Shown here: positions 1 to 9,268 of the stretch, one piece after another | Layout: each line of letters begins with the position of its first letter | Numbering within the stretch: the stretch's first letter is position 1 | DNA from: Candidatus Latescibacterota bacterium | GTDB lineage: Bacteria; Latescibacterota; UBA2968; GCA-2709665 | DNA length: 64,000 bases | Assembly (NCBI GenBank): GCA_965116875.1 | Contig: OZ220733.1 | Coordinates: 1,088,001 to 1,152,000 of the forward strand | Reading direction: 5' to 3' | Translations under genes and position numbers: made by a program | Notes under the pieces: generated by a model | Told to the model about the DNA's origin: nothing | What the model saw: the letters and a program-made list of their open reading frames with translations, nothing else | Databases searched by the model: none

Positions 1-124
1 GAATGTGATTTTTTCGTGTACCCATTTGATGCCAGCGAATGTAACGCAAATCGTCAGCCGATGTCAATCAGATTTCGAGTCCGCGCCGTTCGATGGATCG
101 ACCCGTGAAACCCGCGTAAATAAC

Positions 125-157
125 AAAAAGACCACCCGCATATGGGGTGGTCTTTTT
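125..157. terminator. Bidirectional intrinsic terminator downstream of the TonB-dependent receptor
   Basis: AAAAAGACCACCC-GCATATG-GGGTGGTCTTTTT: perfect 13-bp stem whose outer pairs are A/T tracts. Confidence 0.8.
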
Positions 158-380
158 CAATCGGCAATCATCCGTCTGAAACGGCCGGCGTGGAGACGTC
201 CGTTGTTCTCCACGACTATTTCAGGGATTTATTATGACATACAGGCGATAGCTGCGGTCCTTTTGGTGACTTATTCATGATACTCGGTAAAGGCCGGGAT
301 GCACAATCCTGCATGAAACGCGGTCACGGCTCCGTGATGTTCCCCCGGAGATACCCGGCTGTCATCTCGATCGCTTTGGG

Positions 381-3300
381 CTATCGCCCGAGGTGATACG
401 TAACGGCCAGCTTCAGCCGCCGGCCCTTGGGATCGTGCGTGAAGCCGTCGTAGGCCTGCTCGATATTCACGAGAGGGGGCCTGGCGTCCAGCAGATTCAT
501 TCCGGACAGCGCGATATTCAACCCGTTCGGCAGGTTCCACAGGAACGTCACGTCCCATGTTACATACGATTCGATGGTACCGAAAATGCTCTTGATATTC
601 GAATTATCGGAGGCCATCGACCCGCGGTCTTCATAGGACGAAATGTAGTTGAGGTAGGTCGCGAGACTGTAGTCCTGCCAGTAGTAGCTGCTGGAAATCC
701 GTCCCTTGAACTTGGGAAGCGACGTTGCGATGGGATTGCCGAAATTCAGGTAGCCGGCGGCGTCCGCTTCCTCCTGCAGCACCAGGCCGCCCAGCATCAA
801 CGCCTTTGTCTCGTACGCCAGCGTATACGTGCCTTCCAGGCCGGCCGTGAACAGGCCCGCTCCCTGCGGGACCCGCGTACCCAGATGGAGATCGATCCCC
901 GAGGTCTTGAGCCCCGGCCAGTTGACGATATCCACCTGCACCCGCTCGAGTTCCGACGCCGCGCACGTGCCGGTACCAATCCCGTCCGGGCACACGATGA
1001 ACTGCTTCAGGGCATCTTTATTGGCTTCGTCCGCGTACAGGGCGGTAATGGCGCCGTGGGGCATGGAACCGATCACGTCGCTGAAATCGTAACTCCAGTA
1101 ATCCAGTGTCGCCTCGAAACCCGTTTCGGTGACCAGGGCGAGCCCCGCGTTAAAGGTGAACGCCCGTTCGGGTTTGAGGTCCTTGCTCCCGATTCTGTCC
1201 ACCGTTTGGTAGGCGCCCGTCTCGTTGATCCATTCGAGCGTGGAAAGCGGGCTTTCATTTACGTCGTCCAGCGACGGCGTGCGGAACGTCGTCTGCACCG
1301 AGCCGCGCAGGAATACGGATTGCTCCGACGATTCCATCAGCTGGTAGCGCCACCCGAATTTGGGATCGAAACTGCTCGCCACGTCGTGGAACTCGTAGTT
1401 GGCGGCGAGTTGCACGTCGAACGACTCGCCCAGGCTGAGGGGCGTTTCCGCAAAGAAGCGATGCACCGTCTGGGATTCATCGTAAGGCCGATGCACATTG
1501 GTGAACGCATAGGGTCCGAATCGGTCCTCCGCCGAGCAGTTCCTGTCGCCCACAACCGGACAGGGGTTGATGGTGACGTCGCCCTCGTCGTTGGGGTCCC
1601 CGCTGGCATTGAACAGCCGGAACTGGTAGCCCGCCGCGTAACTGGCGACGTCCTCGACCCAGGTCCCCGTCAGCGTCGCGTCCGCGACCAGCATGTCGGC
1701 TGTACTCTGCATGTCCACTTCCTGGTTGAGCCAGAGTCGAAGCTCCTCACTGTTGGCAAGCGCGGCGCGGTAGTTCGGATTCGCCCGGGTTTCGTACCCC
1801 GAACCGTACTGGTCCGTGAACTCGATGGCGTTGCCGAAGGGATTGTAATACTTGCAGTTGCCCTGTCCCGCCACCTGACCGCTCAGCGGTCCGAGGCGCA
1901 TCCCTGCCAGCGAGGCGCGGTCCGCCACCACGTCGACGCCGCAGCGCGGCCCCCCGTAGCCCCGGAAGCCGAGGAAGAGCCGCTCGATATACACGCCCGG
2001 CAGGTTGTAGTTGCCCTCGGTGCGGGAATAAGAGAGACCGAGGTCGAAGTGGTTCTCCCGATCGCCGAACGCTACGAAGTCCCCACTCGCGGAGGCCGCC
2101 ATTCGCCAGGTGGCGGCGTCTCGGCCCAGCGTGCGGCCCGGTCCCGAGTTTCCGAAGGGACGACCGTTGAAATACCAGTTTTCGCCGGCCTGGCACGCCT
2201 CGTAGTATTCGTCGGTTGGCTCGGATCCGTAGTCATCGCAGAACGCGCGACGGCCCGGGTGGTCGGGCGCGACCTCCATGATGCTCGTGTCCGTGAGGGG
2301 AAACGGCGGATACGAAGGCGTCGTATACCACTCCGGAATATCCGCCCGCGCCCACAGGGCCTCAACGTGATACTCCGTGCCGTTATCCAGCTTCCCGTTG
2401 ATCTCGGCAAAAGCGCGGGTGTGACTCATTTCTTCAATCAGATTCTCATATTGCTGATACCGGAACCGGCATGTCCAGGACTCACGGAATCCGCCGAATT
2501 CCTCGCACCTCGGGGCGTGAATGGCGGCGGTCCACGGGGCGGGCGCACCGATGGCGAAGGTGCCGGGATTTCCCAGGCTCGACCATCCCAGGCGCTGCCC
2601 CCCGCCGTGCCATGGCTGCAGCAGGTAGTCCCTTTCCCAGGACGGCAACGCCTGGCGTCCCCTCCATTCGGCGGAGACAACCGCATGGGCCTCTCCGAGT
2701 TTCCCGCCCCATATCGCACCGGCGTTGGTATCGCCGGCGCCGGGAAAGTACTCGTGCGCGGCGGAAACCTCGAAGCCCTCGAAATTCCTTCGCGTGAGGA
2801 AGTTGGCCACGCCGCCCACGGCGTCCGACCCGTATATGGCGGAAGCCCCTTCCTTGAGCACTTCAACCCGCTCGATGGCAATCGAGGGAATCACGTTGAC
2901 ATCGACGAAGCGTCCACCGATCAGCCGCGCCGGGACGTAGGTCTGGCGGCGGCTGTTAATCAGCACGAGGGTGCGCGACGCCCCCAGGCCCCGCAGGTTG
3001 ACGTTCGCGATGCTTTCCGAAAGTGTGGCGGCCTGGCCTGAATTGTACCAGCTGCTGCGTTCCCCGATCACGCCGTGGCTCGCGCCGAGATTCTTGAAGA
3101 AATCGACGGCCTGCGGAGACCCCTGCTCCGCCATCTCTTCGCGCCCGACAGCCACAACCGCGTACGTCTGGTTGATGGGGGGTTCCTTGAACGCAGTGCC
3201 GGTCACCACAAGCTCGTCCATGTAGAGCAGGGACAGATCCATGCTCAACGCAACGCGAAGCGTCGCACCCGCGGTGACCGTGATCGTGCGGGGTTCGCTC

Positions 3301-3557
3301 GTATAGCCGATGAGTTGCACGCTCAGCTCGTGTGTGCCGGCCGGTACGTTGTGGATGGCAAAGCGTCCCTCCGCATCCGACACCGCGACCAGATCCGACA
3401 TGGCGATTGCCACGTTCGCGCCTTCCAGCGGATCGCCGCTCTCGGCGTCGACCACGGTGCCGGTCACGGTGCCGGTCGATTGTCCAACAGCCGCCGGGGC
3501 ATGGAGAAGCATCGCCGCGCAGATCAGAAACGGAATATGAAAACCTCGGAATCTCAT
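381..3557 (-). CDS. TonB-dependent receptor with N-terminal carboxypeptidase-regulatory-like domain
   Basis: Signal peptide; TVTGTVVDAESGDPLEGANV domain; ELVVTG TonB-box region; plug motifs NLRGLGASRTLVLINSRR and IERVEVLKEGASAIYGSDAVGGVANF; SD GAGGA before ATG. Confidence 0.93.
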   Translation of the reverse strand: MRFRGFHIPFLICAAMLLHAPAAVGQSTGTVTGTVVDAESGDPLEGANVAIAMSDLVAVSDAEGRFAIHNVPAGTHELSVQLIGYTSEPRTITVTAGATLRVALSMDLSLLYMDELVVTGTAFKEPPINQTYAVVAVGREEMAEQGSPQAVDFFKNLGASHGVIGERSSWYNSGQAATLSESIANVNLRGLGASRTLVLINSRRQTYVPARLIGGRFVDVNVIPSIAIERVEVLKEGASAIYGSDAVGGVANFLTRRNFEGFEVSAAHEYFPGAGDTNAGAIWGGKLGEAHAVVSAEWRGRQALPSWERDYLLQPWHGGGQRLGWSSLGNPGTFAIGAPAPWTAAIHAPRCEEFGGFRESWTCRFRYQQYENLIEEMSHTRAFAEINGKLDNGTEYHVEALWARADIPEWYTTPSYPPFPLTDTSIMEVAPDHPGRRAFCDDYGSEPTDEYYEACQAGENWYFNGRPFGNSGPGRTLGRDAATWRMAASASGDFVAFGDRENHFDLGLSYSRTEGNYNLPGVYIERLFLGFRGYGGPRCGVDVVADRASLAGMRLGPLSGQVAGQGNCKYYNPFGNAIEFTDQYGSGYETRANPNYRAALANSEELRLWLNQEVDMQSTADMLVADATLTGTWVEDVASYAAGYQFRLFNASGDPNDEGDVTINPCPVVGDRNCSAEDRFGPYAFTNVHRPYDESQTVHRFFAETPLSLGESFDVQLAANYEFHDVASSFDPKFGWRYQLMESSEQSVFLRGSVQTTFRTPSLDDVNESPLSTLEWINETGAYQTVDRIGSKDLKPERAFTFNAGLALVTETGFEATLDYWSYDFSDVIGSMPHGAITALYADEANKDALKQFIVCPDGIGTGTCAASELERVQVDIVNWPGLKTSGIDLHLGTRVPQGAGLFTAGLEGTYTLAYETKALMLGGLVLQEEADAAGYLNFGNPIATSLPKFKGRISSSYYWQDYSLATYLNYISSYEDRGSMASDNSNIKSIFGTIESYVTWDVTFLWNLPNGLNIALSGMNLLDARPPLVNIEQAYDGFTHDPKGRRLKLAVTYHLGR

Positions 3558-3648
3558 GACGAATCCTCCTTTATTCGATTCAGGCGCAGTTGGTTATCGG
3601 TCTTTCACACCTGTCTTCGGAAACGGCGTTGGCAACCGCCCGCGGTAT

Positions 3649-5202
3649 CTATTCTTTGCGTGTCTCGCTCCGGAGTCCTTTCCAGACGCAGAACGCCATT
3701 CCCAGGAGAACGACGGCGAACGGGAGGCCGGTGGCGAGCGAAGCGGCCTGCAGCGCCTCCAGTCCGCCACCCAGCAGAAGGGCGATCGCGACCAGTCCCT
3801 CGATCGTACACCAGAAGACTCGCTGCGCGACCGGGGCGTCGATCCTGCCGCCGGCCGCGATCGTATCGATAATCAGCGATGCGGAGTCCGACGACGTCAC
3901 GAAAAACACGATCGTCAGCAGCATCGCGACACACGAAAGCAGCGCGGGAGCAGGCAGCCTGTCAAGCATCTTGAACAGTGCGATCTCGAGCTTCCAGGCC
4001 TCGACGTTTTCGGTAACCCCGGTATACCCCTCTACGATGTGCTGGTGGAAGGCGGCGCCGCCAAACGCGCCAAACCACAGAAGGCACAGGATTGTGGGTA
4101 TCAGGAGTACGAAGACGACGAATTCGCGGACCGTGCGCCCCCGGGAAATCCGGGCGATGAACGTACCTACGAACGGCGCCCATGCGAACCACCATGCAAA
4201 ATAGAACGTGGTCCAGTCGCGCACGAATCCGGTATCTTCGCGTCCGATCCAGTTGCTCAGCGGTCCGATCTTCGCCAGATAGTCGCCAAACCCCGCCGCA
4301 ATACTCCGAATCGCGTAGCCGGTGGGACCGAGTACGATCACGGCAAGCAGCAACGCGAGCGCGAGGATGACGTTGAATTGACTCAGGCGCTTGATGCCGA
4401 CGTTTATACCTGTCAGTACCGACGTCAGGGCGACGGCGGTGATCACCACGATCAGGGCCACCATCGTCGCGTCGCTGACCGGGATATCGAACAGGTAGTT
4501 GAAGCCGGACGTCACCTGCTGGACGCCCAGTCCCAGGGACGTCGCCACCCCGAACAGTCCCGCAAAAATGGCAAAGGTGTCGATGACGTGCCCCGGCCAG
4601 CCCCAGACGCGGTCGCCGATCAGGGTATGGAACGCCGATCGGATCGTCAGCGGCAATCCCCGGTTGTACGCAAAGTACCCCAGCGCGAGACCCACAACGC
4701 CGTAGATCGCCCAGCCGTGCAGTCCCCAGTGAAACGTCGTCGCGGCAATGCCGGCGATGGCGGCCGAATCGGTCCCGGGGGCGATGCCCAGCGGCGGGCT
4801 CTTGAAATAATAAACCGGCTCCGCCACCCCGAAAAAAAGAAGACCGATGCCGACACCGGCCGCAAAGAGCATGGCCAGCCAGGTCGCGTTCGTATATTCC
4901 GGTTTCGCGTCCGGGCCGCCCAGCCGGACACGTCCCAGAGGCGATACGGCGATGTAAAGACAGAAGATCACGACGAGGTTCGCCGAGATCATGAAGAACC
5001 AGTCGAGATTCGTGGTAAGCCAGACGCGGGTGTCTTTGAATACGCCTGTCGCGGCCTCCCGAAAGACAAGCGCTCCCAGGACGAAGGCGACGATGGTAAC
5101 ACTGGATATCACGAACACAGGGGTCAGGTAGATTTCCAGGCCGAACAGCCTGCGGTATTGCCTGACATCCGTCGAACCCGGTTGTTTTCCTATCGCCGAC
5201 AT
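3649..5202 (-). CDS. BCCT family (betaine/carnitine/choline) transporter
   Basis: MLFAAGVGIGLLFFGVAEP, FHWGLHGWAIY, WTTFYFAWWFAWAPFVGTFIARISRGRT and FFVTSSDS signatures; about 12 TM. Confidence 0.95.
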   Translation of the reverse strand: MSAIGKQPGSTDVRQYRRLFGLEIYLTPVFVISSVTIVAFVLGALVFREAATGVFKDTRVWLTTNLDWFFMISANLVVIFCLYIAVSPLGRVRLGGPDAKPEYTNATWLAMLFAAGVGIGLLFFGVAEPVYYFKSPPLGIAPGTDSAAIAGIAATTFHWGLHGWAIYGVVGLALGYFAYNRGLPLTIRSAFHTLIGDRVWGWPGHVIDTFAIFAGLFGVATSLGLGVQQVTSGFNYLFDIPVSDATMVALIVVITAVALTSVLTGINVGIKRLSQFNVILALALLLAVIVLGPTGYAIRSIAAGFGDYLAKIGPLSNWIGREDTGFVRDWTTFYFAWWFAWAPFVGTFIARISRGRTVREFVVFVLLIPTILCLLWFGAFGGAAFHQHIVEGYTGVTENVEAWKLEIALFKMLDRLPAPALLSCVAMLLTIVFFVTSSDSASLIIDTIAAGGRIDAPVAQRVFWCTIEGLVAIALLLGGGLEALQAASLATGLPFAVVLLGMAFCVWKGLRSETRKE

Positions 5203-5459
5203 CCCGACTAATTCCTTGGTATCAACGCCCGGAACCCCTTCCGGACACGAAAAACGGGTCCCGCGGAATCGTATCGAACGGCCTCGCGGGCAGCTATATC
5301 AATAACGTAAGCCTCATGTTGCATCTTGGCAAGTACAACGTGCCGGAGTCCGTACGACTCCACACAAAAGCGGGTTGCATCGCGAATACGGCCCTTCGAA
5401 CGCAGACCCGCCACCCGGCACGCGGACAGCGGACCGCCGGGCGACAGCGTCACCGATTC

Positions 5460-6776
5460 TCAGCCTTCGCGGGTTTCTCCCACGCGAACCAGCGCATGCT
5501 TCATCGCGATGGGTCCGATCATCTGATTGACCGCGATCACGGCGACGATCACCGTTACGAAGGCGTCTCCCCAGCCCGGAAACCGCCGGGCCACCTCCAG
5601 GGCCAGTCCCAGGCTGACGCCGGCCTGCGTGAGATAGGTCATACCCGCAAACCGATTGAAGCGCGGCGGGTCGCCGCCGAGCCGCCCTCCGGCGTACGCA
5701 CTCAGGTAGATCGCGCCGGCTCTAACGGCGACCAGCAGAATCGCGATGATCCAGGTCTGCATCAGGGCCTCCAGGTTCAGGCCCGCACCGGCCAGCGTGA
5801 AGAACAGCACGTACACGGGAAGGCCGACCGACTCGATCGCATCAATGAAGCGTGAACCCTGGCGGGAGACGTTCTGTACCGTAAAACCCGCGGTAACGCA
5901 GATCAGCAGGGGCTCCAGATGAATATTGAGGCCGTAGGCATCCTTGAGATAGGCGGCGAAGCCGTGCGAAATGCTGGTCACCAGAAGGGCAGTACCCAGC
6001 AGCAGCAGCGGGAGGTTCGCGCGGACCCGGTCGATATAATAGCCCAGCGCCAGCCCGACGACCAGACCCGCGCCGATTCCCAGGATGACTTCGACGCTCA
6101 GACCGGCAATGAATCCCACGTCAAGGGCGGCCGCGGGTGACATCACGATCTCGCAGAAGGAAATCGCGGCGCCGAACAGTACAATCACGAAGACGTCCAG
6201 CGCCACGGTAACGCCGAGCGCGGTTTCCGTGAACGGACCCGACGCCCTGGTCTCATTGATAATGGCGATGGCGCTGGACGGCGACCGCGCAACGGCGAGC
6301 ACGCCGAAGAGCATGCCCACCGTCAGAAGCTGCAGACTCGAGAAGGAGGCGGTGAACGGAAGCAGTGACGCGGCGAGGAACACGAAGACGGTGACAACGA
6401 TGAAGACGATGGAAGTCTGGGTGAGGATTGAAAGCAGGATGACTCTCATCCGTTCCCTCAGTTCAGCCATCCGCAGTTCGCCCCCCGCCGCCAGCGCGAT
6501 GAACGTCACCGCCAGTTCGTTCAGGAACCCGAGCTGGCCAACGGACTCTCTGGTGAGGAAGCCCAGCAGGTACGGTCCCGTGAGCATGCCGACACAGAGG
6601 TATCCGGTGATCCGTGGCAGGCGCAGCCGGGAAAGAACATGCCCCGCGGCGTATCCGGAAAGCAGGAGCAGACCCACCACAAGCGTGGTGTACGCGCCAG
6701 GCGCGTCTCCGGGCGGGGTTGCGCCTGCCCAGGCCATGAGCAGACTCAGGGCGATAAAGACGAGAATCAGCCTCAT
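5460..6776 (-). CDS. Cation:proton antiporter (CPA2-like), subunit 2
   Basis: Multi-TM; LPRITGYL, IALAAGGEL, ARSPSSAIAII, FFTLAGAGL, TQAGVSLGLA motifs; start overlaps upstream stop (ATGA). Confidence 0.85.
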   Translation of the reverse strand: MRLILVFIALSLLMAWAGATPPGDAPGAYTTLVVGLLLLSGYAAGHVLSRLRLPRITGYLCVGMLTGPYLLGFLTRESVGQLGFLNELAVTFIALAAGGELRMAELRERMRVILLSILTQTSIVFIVVTVFVFLAASLLPFTASFSSLQLLTVGMLFGVLAVARSPSSAIAIINETRASGPFTETALGVTVALDVFVIVLFGAAISFCEIVMSPAAALDVGFIAGLSVEVILGIGAGLVVGLALGYYIDRVRANLPLLLLGTALLVTSISHGFAAYLKDAYGLNIHLEPLLICVTAGFTVQNVSRQGSRFIDAIESVGLPVYVLFFTLAGAGLNLEALMQTWIIAILLVAVRAGAIYLSAYAGGRLGGDPPRFNRFAGMTYLTQAGVSLGLALEVARRFPGWGDAFVTVIVAVIAVNQMIGPIAMKHALVRVGETREG

Positions 6777-7960
6777 TGGACTCTACCAAGCAGACGTCGC
6801 GTCGAGGCCGGAGCGATGAGTTCGCTGAGGATGATGCCCAGCAGCACAACGGTAATCACGGCGTCCGTCACCTCGGAGCGGTGGATCTGGTGCAGGTTGA
6901 CGACGATGGCCACCGCCATTCCGCCGTGAGAAAGCAGACCGAGGCCCAGACCGCCAAGCGCTCGGGAGCCGGGCAGAAACAGGCGCACCGAAGCGAAGCC
7001 GCCAAGGGACTTGCCAAGGGCCCGTACAAGGACGTAGACGGGCACGAGAGCCAGGAGCCAGACCGATTCGATACGCCACCCGGCGCCCACCAGGATGAGA
7101 AAGATGATGTAGATGGAGTGTTCGCCCCTCAGGAGTACGCTGCGAATGCCCCTCGTTGCGCGACCTCGTGCCAGGTTCGCGACAACGATGCCCGCGATGA
7201 GGTTGACCAGGAGAGGGGACAGGCTGAGATACAGCGCAAGCCCGCCCGAAAAGGTGATGGCGCCCATGACGACCAGCAGCATTTCGTCGTCCTTGAGACG
7301 GTACGCGGTGAGGGCGACAATCAGCAGTCCGACGGCAAGGCCGAGCCCCACCGAGACGCCGATCCATAAGAACGTGGACTCGCCGGCGTGCAATACGGCC
7401 AGGCACGAAATGAGACCGAACGCGGTGAGGCCGACCAGGTCGTCCATGTTCGAGACGTTCGTGAGAAGCCGCATGAGGGGCCGCGCCGGAGACGGCGTGT
7501 TTCGGGAAAACAGCGAGAGGCCGCTGGACGCAGTGCCCGATGCCGCTGCCGCCAGCGTGACGGCGCCGATCACCAGCAGTTCCGTTTCGTGAGAATAGAG
7601 TCTCTGAAAGAGCAACAGGAAGGGGACGGCCACAACCACAATGGTGATCAGGCTCTGGACAAGCGCAACGCCGAAGACCCGACCGGGAAGATGGCTCAGC
7701 CGTCGAAACTCCCATTGAACGCCAAAGAGCATCCCGATCCACGAGAGGCCCATGCCCACGAAGGGATAGAGACCGTCGAGGGTCGACGCGTCCAGCAGAT
7801 CGAGAACGGCGCCGCCGAGGAGAAAGCCGACGATCAGGTATTCGATGCCGGTGAGGAAGATGTTTCTGACGCCGAGAGGCAGGCGGATATGGACGAAACT
7901 CAGGCGGGAACCGACGAAGGCGATAACAACGATCAGGATGGCGGCGAAGACCAGTTTCAT
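6773..7960 (-). CDS. Cation:proton antiporter (CPA2-like), subunit 1
   Basis: Multi-TM; SNMDDLVG acidic motif, LSPLLVNLIAG, RALGKSLGG, SHGGMAVAI; 4-bp overlaps with both neighbours. Confidence 0.8.
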   Translation of the reverse strand: MKLVFAAILIVVIAFVGSRLSFVHIRLPLGVRNIFLTGIEYLIVGFLLGGAVLDLLDASTLDGLYPFVGMGLSWIGMLFGVQWEFRRLSHLPGRVFGVALVQSLITIVVVAVPFLLLFQRLYSHETELLVIGAVTLAAAASGTASSGLSLFSRNTPSPARPLMRLLTNVSNMDDLVGLTAFGLISCLAVLHAGESTFLWIGVSVGLGLAVGLLIVALTAYRLKDDEMLLVVMGAITFSGGLALYLSLSPLLVNLIAGIVVANLARGRATRGIRSVLLRGEHSIYIIFLILVGAGWRIESVWLLALVPVYVLVRALGKSLGGFASVRLFLPGSRALGGLGLGLLSHGGMAVAIVVNLHQIHRSEVTDAVITVVLLGIILSELIAPASTRRLLGRVQ

Positions 7961-8292
7961 GGAGGTTCTCCGCTGTCCGGCCCAAGACGGAAGTCGACGG
8001 GCAGCAGAAAGAGTCTGCCGACCCCGGGCTGCGTGAAGTCAACGCCGGTCTCCCGGAAGAGCCGGATGAGCGGATCGAGAAGAGACCGGTCCTTCAAGGG
8101 TGCGACGATTGCGCTCGAACGGCCGGATCCGGCTGGGAGCAGCCCGGCAAAAATGGGCACGTCCTCGGACAGGATCCGCTCCATGGGGGTGCCGTCCAGG
8201 ACCGTTGCGCCCGTGATTTCCATCTCCACGAGAGCAGAGAGGACCTCGTCGAGAAGGTCTTCACGGTAGAGTGTGATGAATAGCAGATGCAT
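7957..8292 (-). CDS. P-II-like (GlnB-fold) small protein
   Basis: 111 aa; LDEVLSAL..ITGATVLD N-terminus and PGVGRLFLLPV C-terminus mirror the P-II G.G.IF..PV pattern. Confidence 0.7.
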   Translation of the reverse strand: MHLLFITLYREDLLDEVLSALVEMEITGATVLDGTPMERILSEDVPIFAGLLPAGSGRSSAIVAPLKDRSLLDPLIRLFRETGVDFTQPGVGRLFLLPVDFRLGPDSGEPP

Positions 8293-8680
8293 GTCGAAGA
8301 AATTCCGCCAGGGGTTGCAGCGGCCGGATCGGGAACGGGGCTTCCCCGCCGGTCCGTCCGCTTCCCACCCCTGCCGCAGACCTTAGCCTCAATTCAAAAA
8401 AAGACAACAGTCAGATTGGCCAAAAAGAGCCTGAATGTGGGTAGAGGGTAGAGGGAAGTAGAAGAAATGCGGGGAGACGGTAGAGGTGAGACGGTAGAAG
8501 AAGTCCTCGCCCGGAATGTATTCCCTCCTTGCCTACGGCACGATCGGAATCCTAACAAGCCAGGCAATCTCTCCCCTCTCCCGTCTTCCTTCTCACCAGG
8601 TGGTGGGGTGGGATGTGTTCCTCTCCCGTCTACCGTCTCACGTCTACCCGCATCCGAGGGGCCGGGGGAGAGGTCCCGAA

Positions 8681-8777
8681 CATGTCCAGTGACCTGAAGT
8701 ATCCGGATAATCCGCCTTCTAATCGCCTTTATCAACTCGCACATATTCGAATTAACGTTCACGAAAACTTACGAATC
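8681..8777. repeat. Dispersed 97-bp intergenic repeat, copy A (copy B at 46920-47016)
   Basis: Ungapped alignment; last 57 bp differ at 7 positions, first 40 bp at 13. Confidence 0.8.
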
Positions 8778-8793
8778 AAGGTTAGAAGCTGCT

Positions 8794-9252
8794 TTAAAAC
8801 GGCTCCTGTATGCGGATGATCTCCATGATCTCGTCCGGAGACGCGGCTGCAAGGACCTGCCGCCGGATTTCCTCGCGGTCGAATATGCGGGCGGTGCGGC
8901 CCAGCACGCTCATGTAGGCCGCCATCGATGCTTCGGATGAAAGAATGAGGAAAATCAGGTGTACGGGCCGCCCGTCCAAGCTCTGAAAGTCGATGCCTCC
9001 CCTGGAAATGCCCAACGCCGCGATCACGCCCTCGATCTCGTCCGACCGGGCGTGCGGTATGGCCACGTGCTGGTCCACGCCGCTGGTCTTGATGGCCTCC
9101 TGTTCCAGGATGAGACCGAGAAGTGCGTCGGGGTCGGGCAGACGGACGGACCGGCCGATCAATTCGATCATCTCGCGGATGGCCCCGTCCCGGCCCGGAC
9201 TGGTCAGGTTGAGCCTGATGCGGTCGCCGGCCAATGCGTCGCAAAGTTTCAT
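8794..9252 (-). CDS. PTS EIIA (Ntr/fructose-type) domain protein
   Basis: EQEAIKTSGVDQHVAIPHARSD with phosphorylatable His; GIDFQSLDGRPVHLIFLI; start moved to the internal ATG at 9252. Confidence 0.9.
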   Translation of the reverse strand: MKLCDALAGDRIRLNLTSPGRDGAIREMIELIGRSVRLPDPDALLGLILEQEAIKTSGVDQHVAIPHARSDEIEGVIAALGISRGGIDFQSLDGRPVHLIFLILSSEASMAAYMSVLGRTARIFDREEIRRQVLAAASPDEIMEIIRIQEPF

Positions 9253-9268
9253 GGCGCTGATTCCCGTT

